A stretch of 48,366 bases of DNA from Eubacteriales bacterium (GTDB lineage Bacteria > Bacillota > Clostridia > Oscillospirales > CAG-272), in NCBI GenBank assembly GCA_045656385.1, contig JAZORB010000077.1:1-48366 (forward strand), written 5' to 3'. Each line of letters opens with the position of its first letter. Within the stretch, counting starts at the first letter, position 1. The notes below the pieces were generated by a model. That model was not told the origin of the DNA, did no database searches, and was given only the letters and a program-made list of their open reading frames with translations. A program made the position numbers and the translations under genes. Positions 40,743 through 48,366 of the stretch are shown piece by piece.

Positions 40743-42929
40743 ATGAAAAAATTTACTGCAATTACTCTGCTCACTGCAATCGTATTAACAGCGTTTTCTG
40801 CGGTTCTTCCTGTATCCGCCGACAGCGCAGTAACTCTTACGACCGACAAAACGACTTACTATGAGGGCGAGTCGATCATAGTCAATGCAAAGAGCACCAA
40901 CGCCGCGGGCACAGACTGGGTCGGCATCACAGTCAAGGGCGACAAAACGGGCGCCGCGATCTATTGGGAATACCTCAAGGATATGACCTCGGATTTCGAC
41001 ATTGCCACCTCGTCTCACAAGGGAAAAGACAGAAATGCATATTACGATCTTCCGGCAGGTGAATACTCCGTGTTCATCATGCCCAACGACCTGACTATCA
41101 AAAAAGGATACGATCAAATACTCAAAATGATTGACATCACCATTCTTGAAGCACCGAACAGAGAAGAAGAAAAACTTCCCGAGCTTATTATCCCCGAGAA
41201 GGACACTTACATTGTTACTGACAAGACCGAGTATTACGTCGGCGAGCCCGTTTACGTTGCAGCTTCGAGCGTCAATTCCGGCGGCAAGGATTGGGTGGGA
41301 ATCTTCCCGAAGGGACACCTCGGAGCCTCTATTTATTGGGATTATATTTCGGACGTAAAAGATAAGACGTTCAATATAAAGCACGCATCGCATAGCGGCT
41401 CCTCAATGTCCGACTACTTCAGTCTGCCCGCGGGCGAATACACACTCTACATCATTCCCGACGATCTTAACGGCAAGAACGGTATTCCTGTCGCGCTCAC
41501 TTCACTGGAGATAAAGGTAGTAAAGGATCCCACGAAGATTGCCAAAGCCCCGCTTTCGGCTGAATACTGGCTGAAGGATCCCAAGAGCGGTATGGCTGAC
41601 GGCACTTTGACGATCAATCTTCCCGAAGATCATTGCGCCGACGACATTTATATGTGGTGGGCAAACGATGCGGGTAAGCTCGCGGGTTACACTCGCCTCG
41701 CTCGCTTCAAGGTTACGGGCACAACAATCGTTCACGAAATGACGCCTAACACCCTCATTCCCGAGGGCGCGACAAAGCTTCTCATCTACACCTACAATGA
41801 CAGCAACGGCATTTCCGAAAGCTGTCTTGAAGTCAAGCTCCCCGATGGTGCGGCTTCAAAGGGATTCGGCGAAGTTCTCTCCGAGTTCCAGATCGTCAGC
41901 GACATTCACATCAAGGGCGACTCCTCGAACGAATACAGTAAACACTTTATCGGTATGCTCAAGGACGTTGTGAAGAACAGCCCGAGCTCGGTCGGCATCT
42001 TTACTGTCGGCGACAATGTTGACAGAGGAGACTCCCCTTCTTATTGGACTTATTTCCATCAGCATTATAAGTCGATCAAGGATGCCCCTGCGCTCTATCT
42101 CGGCATCGGGAACCACGAATATATCGGAAGCAATTACGATGCGGGTCTCAAGCAGTTCCTTGAAAACCTCAACTTTCCCAATGGAAGCACGCCCGATAAG
42201 CCCTACTACGACGTTTGGGTAAACGGATATCACTACATCTTCCTCGCATCCGAAAACACGGGTACCTCGCGCCTGACACAGACTCAGCTTAAATGGCTTG
42301 AGGAGAAGATCAACGAAAACCGCGACGGCAGACCGGTCTTCGTCTTCCACCATCAGCCGATGCTTGATACCACATCCGGCAGCACGGCGGCTGAGGGGTG
42401 GAGCGGTATAGCTAACCACACACAGCTCAAAACAGTTATTGACAAATATCCCGAGGTAATGATGTTTAACGGTCATACCCATTGGATTCTCGATTCCGAC
42501 AACTGTATGTATGTGGGCGAAAATGCAAAGATATTCAACACCTCCTCGGTCGCATATCTCTGGCACTCCTACGATATAGTCACGGGCGAGCGTCAGACAG
42601 GCAGCGAGGGGTACTACGTCCGCATTTATAAGGATAAGATCGCCGTTCTCGGCAGAAACTTTGTCACCGGCGAATGGGTATCCTCGGCGCAGTTTGTGGT
42701 AAGCTACACGCAGACCGAAACTACCGAAACAACAACCGAAGCAGAGGTTACAACGTCAGTTGACACCCCCGAAACGACCGAACCTGCGGTTACTCCCGCT
42801 CCCGAAACGACCGCAACTCCCAATAATACCGAGCCTGCAGAAAAGAGCGGCTGCGGTGCGATTGCTTCGCCTATCGCGCTTATCGTACTTATGGCATTTG
42901 GAGCAGCTATTATTAAAAAGCGCAAATAA
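40743..42929 (+). CDS. Secreted calcineurin-like metallophosphoesterase with a duplicated N-terminal domain and a C-terminal anchor/sorting-like tail
   Basis: The start ATG 40743 follows AGGAG; the track start 40707 is a TTG. A signal peptide ends at VSADS. Two 108-aa repeats span nt 40833-41156 and 41208-41531. MPE motifs are SDIHIKGD, GDNVDRGD, GNHE and NGHTHW. The tail is a T/E/P-rich linker followed by SGCGAIASPIALIVLMAFGAAIIKKRK. Confidence 0.75.
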   Translation: MKKFTAITLLTAIVLTAFSAVLPVSADSAVTLTTDKTTYYEGESIIVNAKSTNAAGTDWVGITVKGDKTGAAIYWEYLKDMTSDFDIATSSHKGKDRNAYYDLPAGEYSVFIMPNDLTIKKGYDQILKMIDITILEAPNREEEKLPELIIPEKDTYIVTDKTEYYVGEPVYVAASSVNSGGKDWVGIFPKGHLGASIYWDYISDVKDKTFNIKHASHSGSSMSDYFSLPAGEYTLYIIPDDLNGKNGIPVALTSLEIKVVKDPTKIAKAPLSAEYWLKDPKSGMADGTLTINLPEDHCADDIYMWWANDAGKLAGYTRLARFKVTGTTIVHEMTPNTLIPEGATKLLIYTYNDSNGISESCLEVKLPDGAASKGFGEVLSEFQIVSDIHIKGDSSNEYSKHFIGMLKDVVKNSPSSVGIFTVGDNVDRGDSPSYWTYFHQHYKSIKDAPALYLGIGNHEYIGSNYDAGLKQFLENLNFPNGSTPDKPYYDVWVNGYHYIFLASENTGTSRLTQTQLKWLEEKINENRDGRPVFVFHHQPMLDTTSGSTAAEGWSGIANHTQLKTVIDKYPEVMMFNGHTHWILDSDNCMYVGENAKIFNTSSVAYLWHSYDIVTGERQTGSEGYYVRIYKDKIAVLGRNFVTGEWVSSAQFVVSYTQTETTETTTEAEVTTSVDTPETTEPAVTPAPETTATPNNTEPAEKSGCGAIASPIALIVLMAFGAAIIKKRK

Positions 42930-42948
42930 ATTTCACCCTCAACTTTAT

Positions 42949-42989
42949 TGGGACTGATTCATTAAATGAGATGGATCAGTCCCATTTTT
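42949..42989 (+). terminator. Rho-independent terminator
   Basis: Stem tgggactgat (42949-42958) pairs with atcagtccca (42975-42984), followed by TTTTT. Confidence 0.65.
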
Positions 42990-43003
42990 ATATTAAAAAT
43001 CGG

Positions 43004-43032
43004 TTGAATTATCATAGAAAATGTGATATAAT
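43004..43032 (+). promoter_or_regulatory. Promoter of the GNAT...nitroreductase gene string
   Basis: TTGAAT (43004-43009), a 17-nt spacer ending in TGa, then TATAAT (43027-43032). Confidence 0.6.
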
Positions 43033-43070
43033 TGAATATAGGAAATTTTCCCACGGAGGAACTATATATT

Positions 43071-43550
43071 ATGAATAACGTTCAGTTCAGATACGCGACT
43101 GAGGATGATGCCGCGCTTGTTCTCGAATTCATCAAAGGAATTGCTACTTACGAAAAAATGCTTGATGAAGTCATCAACACAGAAGAATTGATCAAGGAAG
43201 TTGTTTTCGGCAAGGGACACGCGGAAGTCATTTTCGCACTTGACGGCAAAAAAGAAGTCGGATTCGCCCTCTTCTTCCACAATTATTCCACCTTCGTCGG
43301 ACGGGCGGGAATTCATCTTGAAGACCTCTTCGTGTGGCCGGAATACCGCGGAAAGGGCTACGGCAAGGCGCTCTTCTGCGAGGTTGCAAGAATTGCAAAG
43401 GAGAGAAACTGCGGCAGAATGGAATGGACCTGCCTCAACTGGAATACCCCGAGCATCAATTTCTATCTCTCGATGGGCGCTGTTCCCATGGATGAATGGA
43501 CAACATACCGCCTGACGACAGATAAAATAGACGCGCTCTTAAAGAGGTAA
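43071..43550 (+). CDS. GNAT N-acetyltransferase (diamine/SSAT-like)
   Basis: I place the start at ATG 43071, downstream of GGAGGA. Motifs LEDLFVWPEYRGKGYGKALF and FYLSMGA are present. 159 aa. Confidence 0.75.
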   Translation: MNNVQFRYATEDDAALVLEFIKGIATYEKMLDEVINTEELIKEVVFGKGHAEVIFALDGKKEVGFALFFHNYSTFVGRAGIHLEDLFVWPEYRGKGYGKALFCEVARIAKERNCGRMEWTCLNWNTPSINFYLSMGAVPMDEWTTYRLTTDKIDALLKR

Positions 43551-43555
43551 ATAAT

Positions 43556-44443
43556 ATGTATCAGCTTTATATGGAATTTGACAATCCCACCGAAGCTATG
43601 TTCGGCAAGCGTCGAAGTGTGCAGGGCATGGCTATCCACGGCGACACCGCGTTCGTTCTCTACCACAGCGGAGTTGCGGGGGCTTACGATCTTGTCAACC
43701 GAGACCCGAAGCCGATGGGAGTTTTCAAGCTCGGCTCTTATTGCAGAAACAAGGAAGATAAGAGATATGATAACCACGCAAACGACGCCATGTTCGGCGC
43801 GACAATGGAGGGCGAGGATTTTCCGCTTATGTACGTAACCGCGGGCAACAGCGGCGACGCCGACGAAAAAGGTTGGATCGCTTACTGCGCGGTTGAGCAG
43901 ATCAGACTTCGTGATGGAATCTACTCCGCCGAAACGGTTCAGCGTATTTATTACAAGCCTACCGAGGCAGACGGAACAAAATTTGAAATTCCCGGTTGGG
44001 GTTGGCCCGCATCGCTCGTTGATGTGAAAAACGGCTTCTTCTATCTCCACTCGGCGCGCTACCGCACCAAGCGCGAGATGTATCGCCCCGACAACGAATA
44101 TATCGTGACAAAATTCCGCCTGCCCGATCCCGCCGAGGGCGACGTGACCTTCACCGCCGACGACATTCTCGACCAGTTCTTCCTTCCCTTCAACGCTTTC
44201 GCAACGCAGGGTGGAACGATCTATGAGGATAAGCTCTACTACTCCTTCGGATTCGGCCGCGAGGATACGCCCGATGCGCTAAACGTTATTGATCTCAAGG
44301 CGAAAAAATACGCGCTCTGCGAAGATCTTTCGACGACCCCCTTCTTCGATCAAGAGGTCGAATGCGTCGCGTTTTATAAGGGCAAAATGCTGATAAACAC
44401 TCAGAAAGAAAAAATCTACGAAAGAGAGGCTTTTGAATTCTGA
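43556..44443 (+). CDS. Hypothetical protein (295 aa, beta-rich)
   Basis: It has a good SD (AAGAGG) and its stop overlaps the next start as TGATG. I do not recognise any motif. Confidence 0.55.
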   Translation: MYQLYMEFDNPTEAMFGKRRSVQGMAIHGDTAFVLYHSGVAGAYDLVNRDPKPMGVFKLGSYCRNKEDKRYDNHANDAMFGATMEGEDFPLMYVTAGNSGDADEKGWIAYCAVEQIRLRDGIYSAETVQRIYYKPTEADGTKFEIPGWGWPASLVDVKNGFFYLHSARYRTKREMYRPDNEYIVTKFRLPDPAEGDVTFTADDILDQFFLPFNAFATQGGTIYEDKLYYSFGFGREDTPDALNVIDLKAKKYALCEDLSTTPFFDQEVECVAFYKGKMLINTQKEKIYEREAFEF

Positions 44444-45573
44444 TGAGTTTTCACGATTATGCATTGGCGCACGCTGATGAGATGACCAAGCTGACCTGCG
44501 ACATGACTCTCATCCCCGCTCCGAGCGGACATGAGAGAAAACGCGCCGAATATTGCGCCGAATGGCTGAAAAACGCGGGAGCGGAAGGAGTTGAGATCGA
44601 CGAATTCTGCAACGTGGTCTGGAAAGCCTTTCCCGGCAAGAGCGGCAAATGGATCATCTTCTCTGCTCACACCGACACGGTTTTTGATTTCGACGTTCCG
44701 CTTGAGATCAAAAAGGAGGACGACAAGCTCTACTGCCCCGGCATCGGCGATGATACCGCAAACCTTGCCGTTCTGATGTTCGGAATGAAATACCTCATCG
44801 AGAACCCGCCACAGGACAACAAATACGGCGTGCTCTTCATCGCGACCGCCTCCGAGGAGGTCGGAAGCGTGGGGATGTACAAATATCTTACAAAGAACGG
44901 CACCGATGACATTGCTTTTTGCTACAGCTTCGATGCTTCAATACAGCGCATCTATACGGGAACGGTGAATTACTACAACCACCTTGTAACCGTCCACGCG
45001 CCCGGCGGTCATGCTCTCGGTGCATTCGGTACTCCAAGCGCGATCGAGGAGCTTTCAAAAGTCATTCTCGACACCTCAGCAGCCTGCCGCGAGTATATTG
45101 CAAACGAAAAGCTGAAGCGAACAACGATCAACGTCGGTATGATGAGCGGCGGCAACCGCCACAATATCATCGCGGCCGAGGCGAATGCGCTGATCGAGCT
45201 TCGTTCGGACAAGTACGACAGATATGAAGTCCTCGCATCTCATCTTGCAAAAGCCGTTGAGAAGTACACGACCGAACAGGTCACGATAACAAACGAGATC
45301 GTCAGCGACACGGCACATTGGAACACAGTTCCCGACGAGGTAATGCAGAAATTCGGCGAGGAGCACCGCGAAATGCTGCGCTCGCTCGGTATTGAGCCGA
45401 GATTTTCCTCGGCATGCACTGATTGCCGTTATCCGATGAGCAAGGGAATCCCCTCGCTCGACGTCGGTCTTTGCAAGACATCATATCCGCACAACGTCGG
45501 CGAGCTTCTCTACCCCGATTCACTTCCCACGGGGCTTGAGTTTCTGCTGATGATCTTTGAAAGATATTTATAA
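44443..45573 (+). CDS. M20-family metallopeptidase (peptidase T / ArgE-DapE-like)
   Basis: Motifs SAHTDTVF, GIGDDTANLA and ASEEVGS are present, with a dimerisation-domain-sized insert. 376 aa. Confidence 0.75.
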   Translation: MSFHDYALAHADEMTKLTCDMTLIPAPSGHERKRAEYCAEWLKNAGAEGVEIDEFCNVVWKAFPGKSGKWIIFSAHTDTVFDFDVPLEIKKEDDKLYCPGIGDDTANLAVLMFGMKYLIENPPQDNKYGVLFIATASEEVGSVGMYKYLTKNGTDDIAFCYSFDASIQRIYTGTVNYYNHLVTVHAPGGHALGAFGTPSAIEELSKVILDTSAACREYIANEKLKRTTINVGMMSGGNRHNIIAAEANALIELRSDKYDRYEVLASHLAKAVEKYTTEQVTITNEIVSDTAHWNTVPDEVMQKFGEEHREMLRSLGIEPRFSSACTDCRYPMSKGIPSLDVGLCKTSYPHNVGELLYPDSLPTGLEFLLMIFERYL

Positions 45574-45584
45574 GGAGGCAGAAA

Positions 45585-46037
45585 ATGCTTGAAATCGGAA
45601 TGAAAGCGCCAAACTTTACGCTTAAGGACAAAAACGGTAACGACGTTTCGCTCTCCGACTTTCTCGGAAAGAAGGTCGTCCTCTACTTCTACCCCAAGGA
45701 CAACACCCCCGGATGCACCCGTCAGGCTTGCGCCTTTGCGGGAGCTTACAAGCAGTTCCAGGCGAAGGGAGTCGAAGTCATCGGCATCAGCAAGGACAGT
45801 GTGGCTTCGCACGTGAAATTTGCAGAGAAATACAACCTTCCCTTCGGTCTTCTCGCTGACCCCGAGCGCGTAGCCATCGAGGCTTACGGCGTATGGCAGG
45901 AGAAAAAGATGTGCGGCAAGGTTTCTATGGGCGTCGTTCGCACCACCTTTATCATTGACGAAAACGGCAACATCGAAAAGATCATGCCGAAGGTAAAACC
46001 CGATACAAATGCCGCGGATATTCTCGCGGAACTTTAA
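45585..46037 (+). CDS. bcp: Thioredoxin-dependent thiol peroxidase (peroxiredoxin Bcp)
   Basis: Motifs YFYPKDNTPGCTRQAC and SKDSVASHVKFAEKY are present. 150 aa. Confidence 0.9.
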   Translation: MLEIGMKAPNFTLKDKNGNDVSLSDFLGKKVVLYFYPKDNTPGCTRQACAFAGAYKQFQAKGVEVIGISKDSVASHVKFAEKYNLPFGLLADPERVAIEAYGVWQEKKMCGKVSMGVVRTTFIIDENGNIEKIMPKVKPDTNAADILAEL

Positions 46038-46049
46038 GGAGGAATAAAA

Positions 46050-46337
46050 ATGTATACCATCTATGTTAGTTTCATTTGCCACGAGGGCAAGCGCGAAGCT
46101 TTTGTCGAAAGAATGAAGACCGAGGGCGTGCTTGACGCAGTCCGCGCCGAAGACGGATGCATCCGCTACGACTATTATTATGCCGACGAGAATCCCAATG
46201 AGCTTCTGCTTATTGAGGCGTGGGAATCTAAGGAGCACCAGCAGGTGCACATCGGTCAGCCCCACATGGCAACTCTCCGTACATTCAGAAACGAATATAT
46301 GGCTGAATCCAAGCTCGGCGAGTTTGAGCTGAAATGA
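46050..46337 (+). CDS. Antibiotic-biosynthesis-monooxygenase (ABM) family protein
   Basis: 95 aa. The ferredoxin-like pattern includes LLLIEAWESKEHQQVH. Confidence 0.65.
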   Translation: MYTIYVSFICHEGKREAFVERMKTEGVLDAVRAEDGCIRYDYYYADENPNELLLIEAWESKEHQQVHIGQPHMATLRTFRNEYMAESKLGEFELK

Positions 46338-47032
46338 TATACGATCTTGAATCGGCTCACAAGTATTCTTCCGACAATAAATCATTGCTCAAAACCGAGC
46401 AGAAATGTGGTTGCTTCTACTGTAAAAAAGTTTTTTCATCAAGCGAAATCAAAGATTGGATTGACGAAGGAAACATTGGCACAGCTCTCTGCCCTTATTG
46501 CTTAATCGACTCTGTTATCGGGGAAAGCACGGGATATGATATTACTGAAGATTTCCTTCGCAAAATGAATCTTTATTGGTTTGAAAGCGGAGTAGGAAAT
46601 CGTGTCTCAACTTCATTCGGTGAACTTTTTCTGACGCTTGACGGAAAGACACAAAACTTCAGATACTTTGCCGTTGATCCCGAAAAGCCTTTTGCCGACG
46701 TCAGCGGTGTATATAAGATCGAATACGATTTTAAAGCCGACGGAGGCAAGCACGAGATAAAGCTTCTGCTTGATAATCCCGAATGCAACGCATATTCAGA
46801 CACTGGCGAAAGATTTGATGCTATTTCTGCAAACATTGGCGATGGAAGAATAACTCTAGCATTTATCGAGCCTGAAAACTTTGATTTTGAAATTGAATTT
46901 ATGAAAAACGGAATTATTCTGCGCTCGAACGAAAACACATCATCGCAAACCTTGAAATTCGGCGTTTGCTGGATCGATAAGCTCCCTTCTGCTGATGACA
47001 TTCAGACATGGCTCGGCGCGGATATAAAGTAA
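46334..47032 (+). CDS. Hypothetical protein with an N-terminal 5-Cys zinc-ribbon-like motif
   Basis: It overlaps the ABM gene as ATGA. The motif CGCFYCKK...(26 aa)...CPYC sits within aa 25-58. The remaining ~170 aa are unrecognised. The region looks more AT-rich than its neighbours by eye. Confidence 0.55.
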   Translation: MIYDLESAHKYSSDNKSLLKTEQKCGCFYCKKVFSSSEIKDWIDEGNIGTALCPYCLIDSVIGESTGYDITEDFLRKMNLYWFESGVGNRVSTSFGELFLTLDGKTQNFRYFAVDPEKPFADVSGVYKIEYDFKADGGKHEIKLLLDNPECNAYSDTGERFDAISANIGDGRITLAFIEPENFDFEIEFMKNGIILRSNENTSSQTLKFGVCWIDKLPSADDIQTWLGADIK

Positions 47033-47039
47033 GATTGAA

Positions 47040-47519
47040 ATGAAAAAGACAGATGAAAAAACAAACGTGATGCGTCTGCTTGACTCAAAAAAAGTCAAGT
47101 ATGAAAAGCATCTTTACGTTGACACCGATGCGATCAGCGGCATCGAGATCGCGACGGTTTTAAATCAGGACCCCAATCACGTTTTCAAAACTCTTGTAAC
47201 GGTCGGTGCATCAAAAAACTACTATGTTTTCATGATTCCCGTCGAGCGTGAGCTTGATCTCAAAAAAGCTGCACGCGCCGCAGGTGAGAAGAATATCGTG
47301 ATGATTAAGCAAAAGGAACTGCTTCCTCTAACGGGATACATCCACGGCGGATGCTCGCCGATAGGCATGAAAAAGCAGTTTCCCACATTCACGGATGCCA
47401 CCGCCGAGAATTTTGAAACCATCCTTTTCAGCGCGGGAAAGATAGGTTATCAGGTAGAAATCACGCTTGATGAATTACGCAAGGCTTTGAAATTTGAGCT
47501 GGTTGATTTGACCGTATAA
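47040..47519 (+). CDS. ybaK: Cys-tRNA(Pro)/Cys-tRNA(Cys) deacylase
   Basis: 159 aa. Segments TNVMRLLD, FKTLV and GYIHGGCSPIGMKK are typical of YbaK/EbsC. Confidence 0.8.
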   Translation: MKKTDEKTNVMRLLDSKKVKYEKHLYVDTDAISGIEIATVLNQDPNHVFKTLVTVGASKNYYVFMIPVERELDLKKAARAAGEKNIVMIKQKELLPLTGYIHGGCSPIGMKKQFPTFTDATAENFETILFSAGKIGYQVEITLDELRKALKFELVDLTV

Positions 47520-47530
47520 AGGAGAGCAAA

Positions 47531-48061
47531 ATGAACTTCACAGAAATAGCAAACACACGTCAATCTTGCCGCAGTTATGATGCGGGAAGAGCGGTTGAAG
47601 AAGAAAAGCTGCAAGCAATACTCGAATCCGCACGTTTCTCCCCTTCCGCTTGCAACGGTCAGCCATATCTAATGACGGTTTGCCGCGGCGAGGCGGCAAA
47701 GGCTGTTGCCAAGGCAACGCAGGGTATGGGAATGAACAAATTCGCAACCGATGCGCCCGTGCTGATCGTAATTTCCGAAAAGCCGTACGTCGCTTCCGCC
47801 GCACTCGGCGCGAAGGTCAAGGGCAACGACTACCGCTCAATCGACATCGGCATTCTTGCCGCATACATCACCGCAGAAGCCACCGCGCAGGGTCTCGGAA
47901 GCTGTATTCTCGGCTGGCTTGACGATGCGGAGATCCGCAAGATCTGCTCGCTCGACGCGCCCGTAAGACTCGTCATCACCCTCGGATATGCTAAAGATGG
48001 CGACAAGTTGCGTGAGAAAAAGCGCAAGGATATGGCGGAAATAGTTCAGTTTATTGATTGA
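47531..48061 (+). CDS. Nitroreductase-family protein
   Basis: 176 aa. Motifs RQSCRSY, SPSACNGQP and the C-terminal LGYA are present. Confidence 0.8.
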   Translation: MNFTEIANTRQSCRSYDAGRAVEEEKLQAILESARFSPSACNGQPYLMTVCRGEAAKAVAKATQGMGMNKFATDAPVLIVISEKPYVASAALGAKVKGNDYRSIDIGILAAYITAEATAQGLGSCILGWLDDAEIRKICSLDAPVRLVITLGYAKDGDKLREKKRKDMAEIVQFID

Positions 48062-48078
48062 TCATTTCAGAATAACAA

Positions 48079-48112
48079 AAAATCCTCATCCGTTGAATCG
48101 GATGAGGATTTT
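48079..48112. terminator. Bidirectional terminator between convergent genes
   Basis: A 14-bp stem, aaaatcctcatccg pairing with cggatgaggatttt, has a 6-nt loop. Confidence 0.8.
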
Positions 48113-48132
48113 ATATTATTCGTAACAAGTTA

Positions 48133-48366
48133 TCAGTCCGCCTTCGGCAAAACCGCTTCTACCTTTTCCTCGTAGAATTCCTTTGCCAATCCTTTTTTCG
48201 ACACCGGTTCATCATTTGCGTAAAGGTGTGAGGTATCACCCATCTGCATACATTTGAAGAACACCTCGCCTTTTACGCGTTCCTCTGTGACAAGTGTGGT
48301 CACCGACGACGCAGGAAGGAAAAAGCTCTGCCAGAGCATCGGGAGCGCAACGCCCGAAAGATGCGA
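48133..48366 (-). CDS. C-terminal fragment of an unidentified protein (5' end beyond the window)
   Basis: The frame is open from the window edge (...SHLSGVALPMLWQSFF...) to TGA at 48135-48133. It is too short to assign. Confidence 0.4.
   Translation of the reverse strand, partial: SHLSGVALPMLWQSFFLPASSVTTLVTEERVKGEVFFKCMQMGDTSHLYANDEPVSKKGLAKEFYEEKVEAVLPKAD

Noticed and set aside
42708-42845. Repetitive DNA (gaaacgaccg-type motifs) considered as a tandem repeat or variable-number locus.
   Set aside because: The repeats are imperfect and in frame. They simply encode the Thr/Glu/Pro-rich linker of the metallophosphoesterase.
43071-43550. The 159-aa GNAT as a TacT/AtaT-type toxin, given that ybaK lies nearby.
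   Set aside because: There is no small antitoxin ORF upstream or downstream. The sequence carries SSAT-like motifs, and it is coupled to metabolic genes.

Overview
This 48.4-kb window looks like ordinary chromosome from a spore-forming Clostridia bacterium, probably Oscillospiraceae or Ruminococcaceae-like (taxonomy is an inference). About 50 genes are densely packed, many with 1-4 nt start/stop overlaps. I saw no rRNA, CRISPR, transposase, integrase or prophage genes, and no recognisable toxin-antitoxin or defence operon.

Left to right, the window holds:
- a frameshifted DUF5685-like gene and a Gly-Arg-His tRNA operon;
- an orphan ABC/SMC-type ATPase;
- yqeG, a TIM-barrel gene, an M24 peptidase and hemolysin III;
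- a GH36 gene, an MBL-fold lipoprotein and a Gfo oxidoreductase;
- an orphan spoVAC;
- a long minus-strand operon: galU, dCMP deaminase, a lipoprotein, rimI, tsaD, dnaD and a dnaI-like gene;
- a beta-helix lipoprotein and spoVT;
- an operon of an Fe-S aldo/keto reductase, malQ and GH38;
- a cupin gene with xth, then a trio of hydrolases;
- an 8.5-kb unit: a secreted lipoprotein, trkA, trkH, a GNAT, two Gfo/Idh/MocA genes and a TIM-barrel gene;
- fucO and a PNPOx-family gene;
- a secreted metallophosphoesterase;
- a nine-gene plus-strand cluster: GNAT, an unknown, an M20 peptidase, bcp, ABM, a Cys-rich unknown, ybaK and a nitroreductase.

SpoVT is the only recognisable DNA-binding regulator. 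I cannot show that a new system is present. The best leads are:
- the oxidoreductase/TIM-barrel cassette at 35266-38860, a possible oxidative glycoside-cleavage module;
- a non-LPXTG C-terminal sorting-like signal on the metallophosphoesterase;
- the solo ABC-type ATPase under a perfect consensus promoter;
- an M28 peptidase split by a membrane hairpin, flanked by two alpha/beta hydrolases;
- two regulatory architectures: the spoVT leader and a symmetric bidirectional promoter.

Product calls come from motifs read in the translated ORFs. No database search was run.
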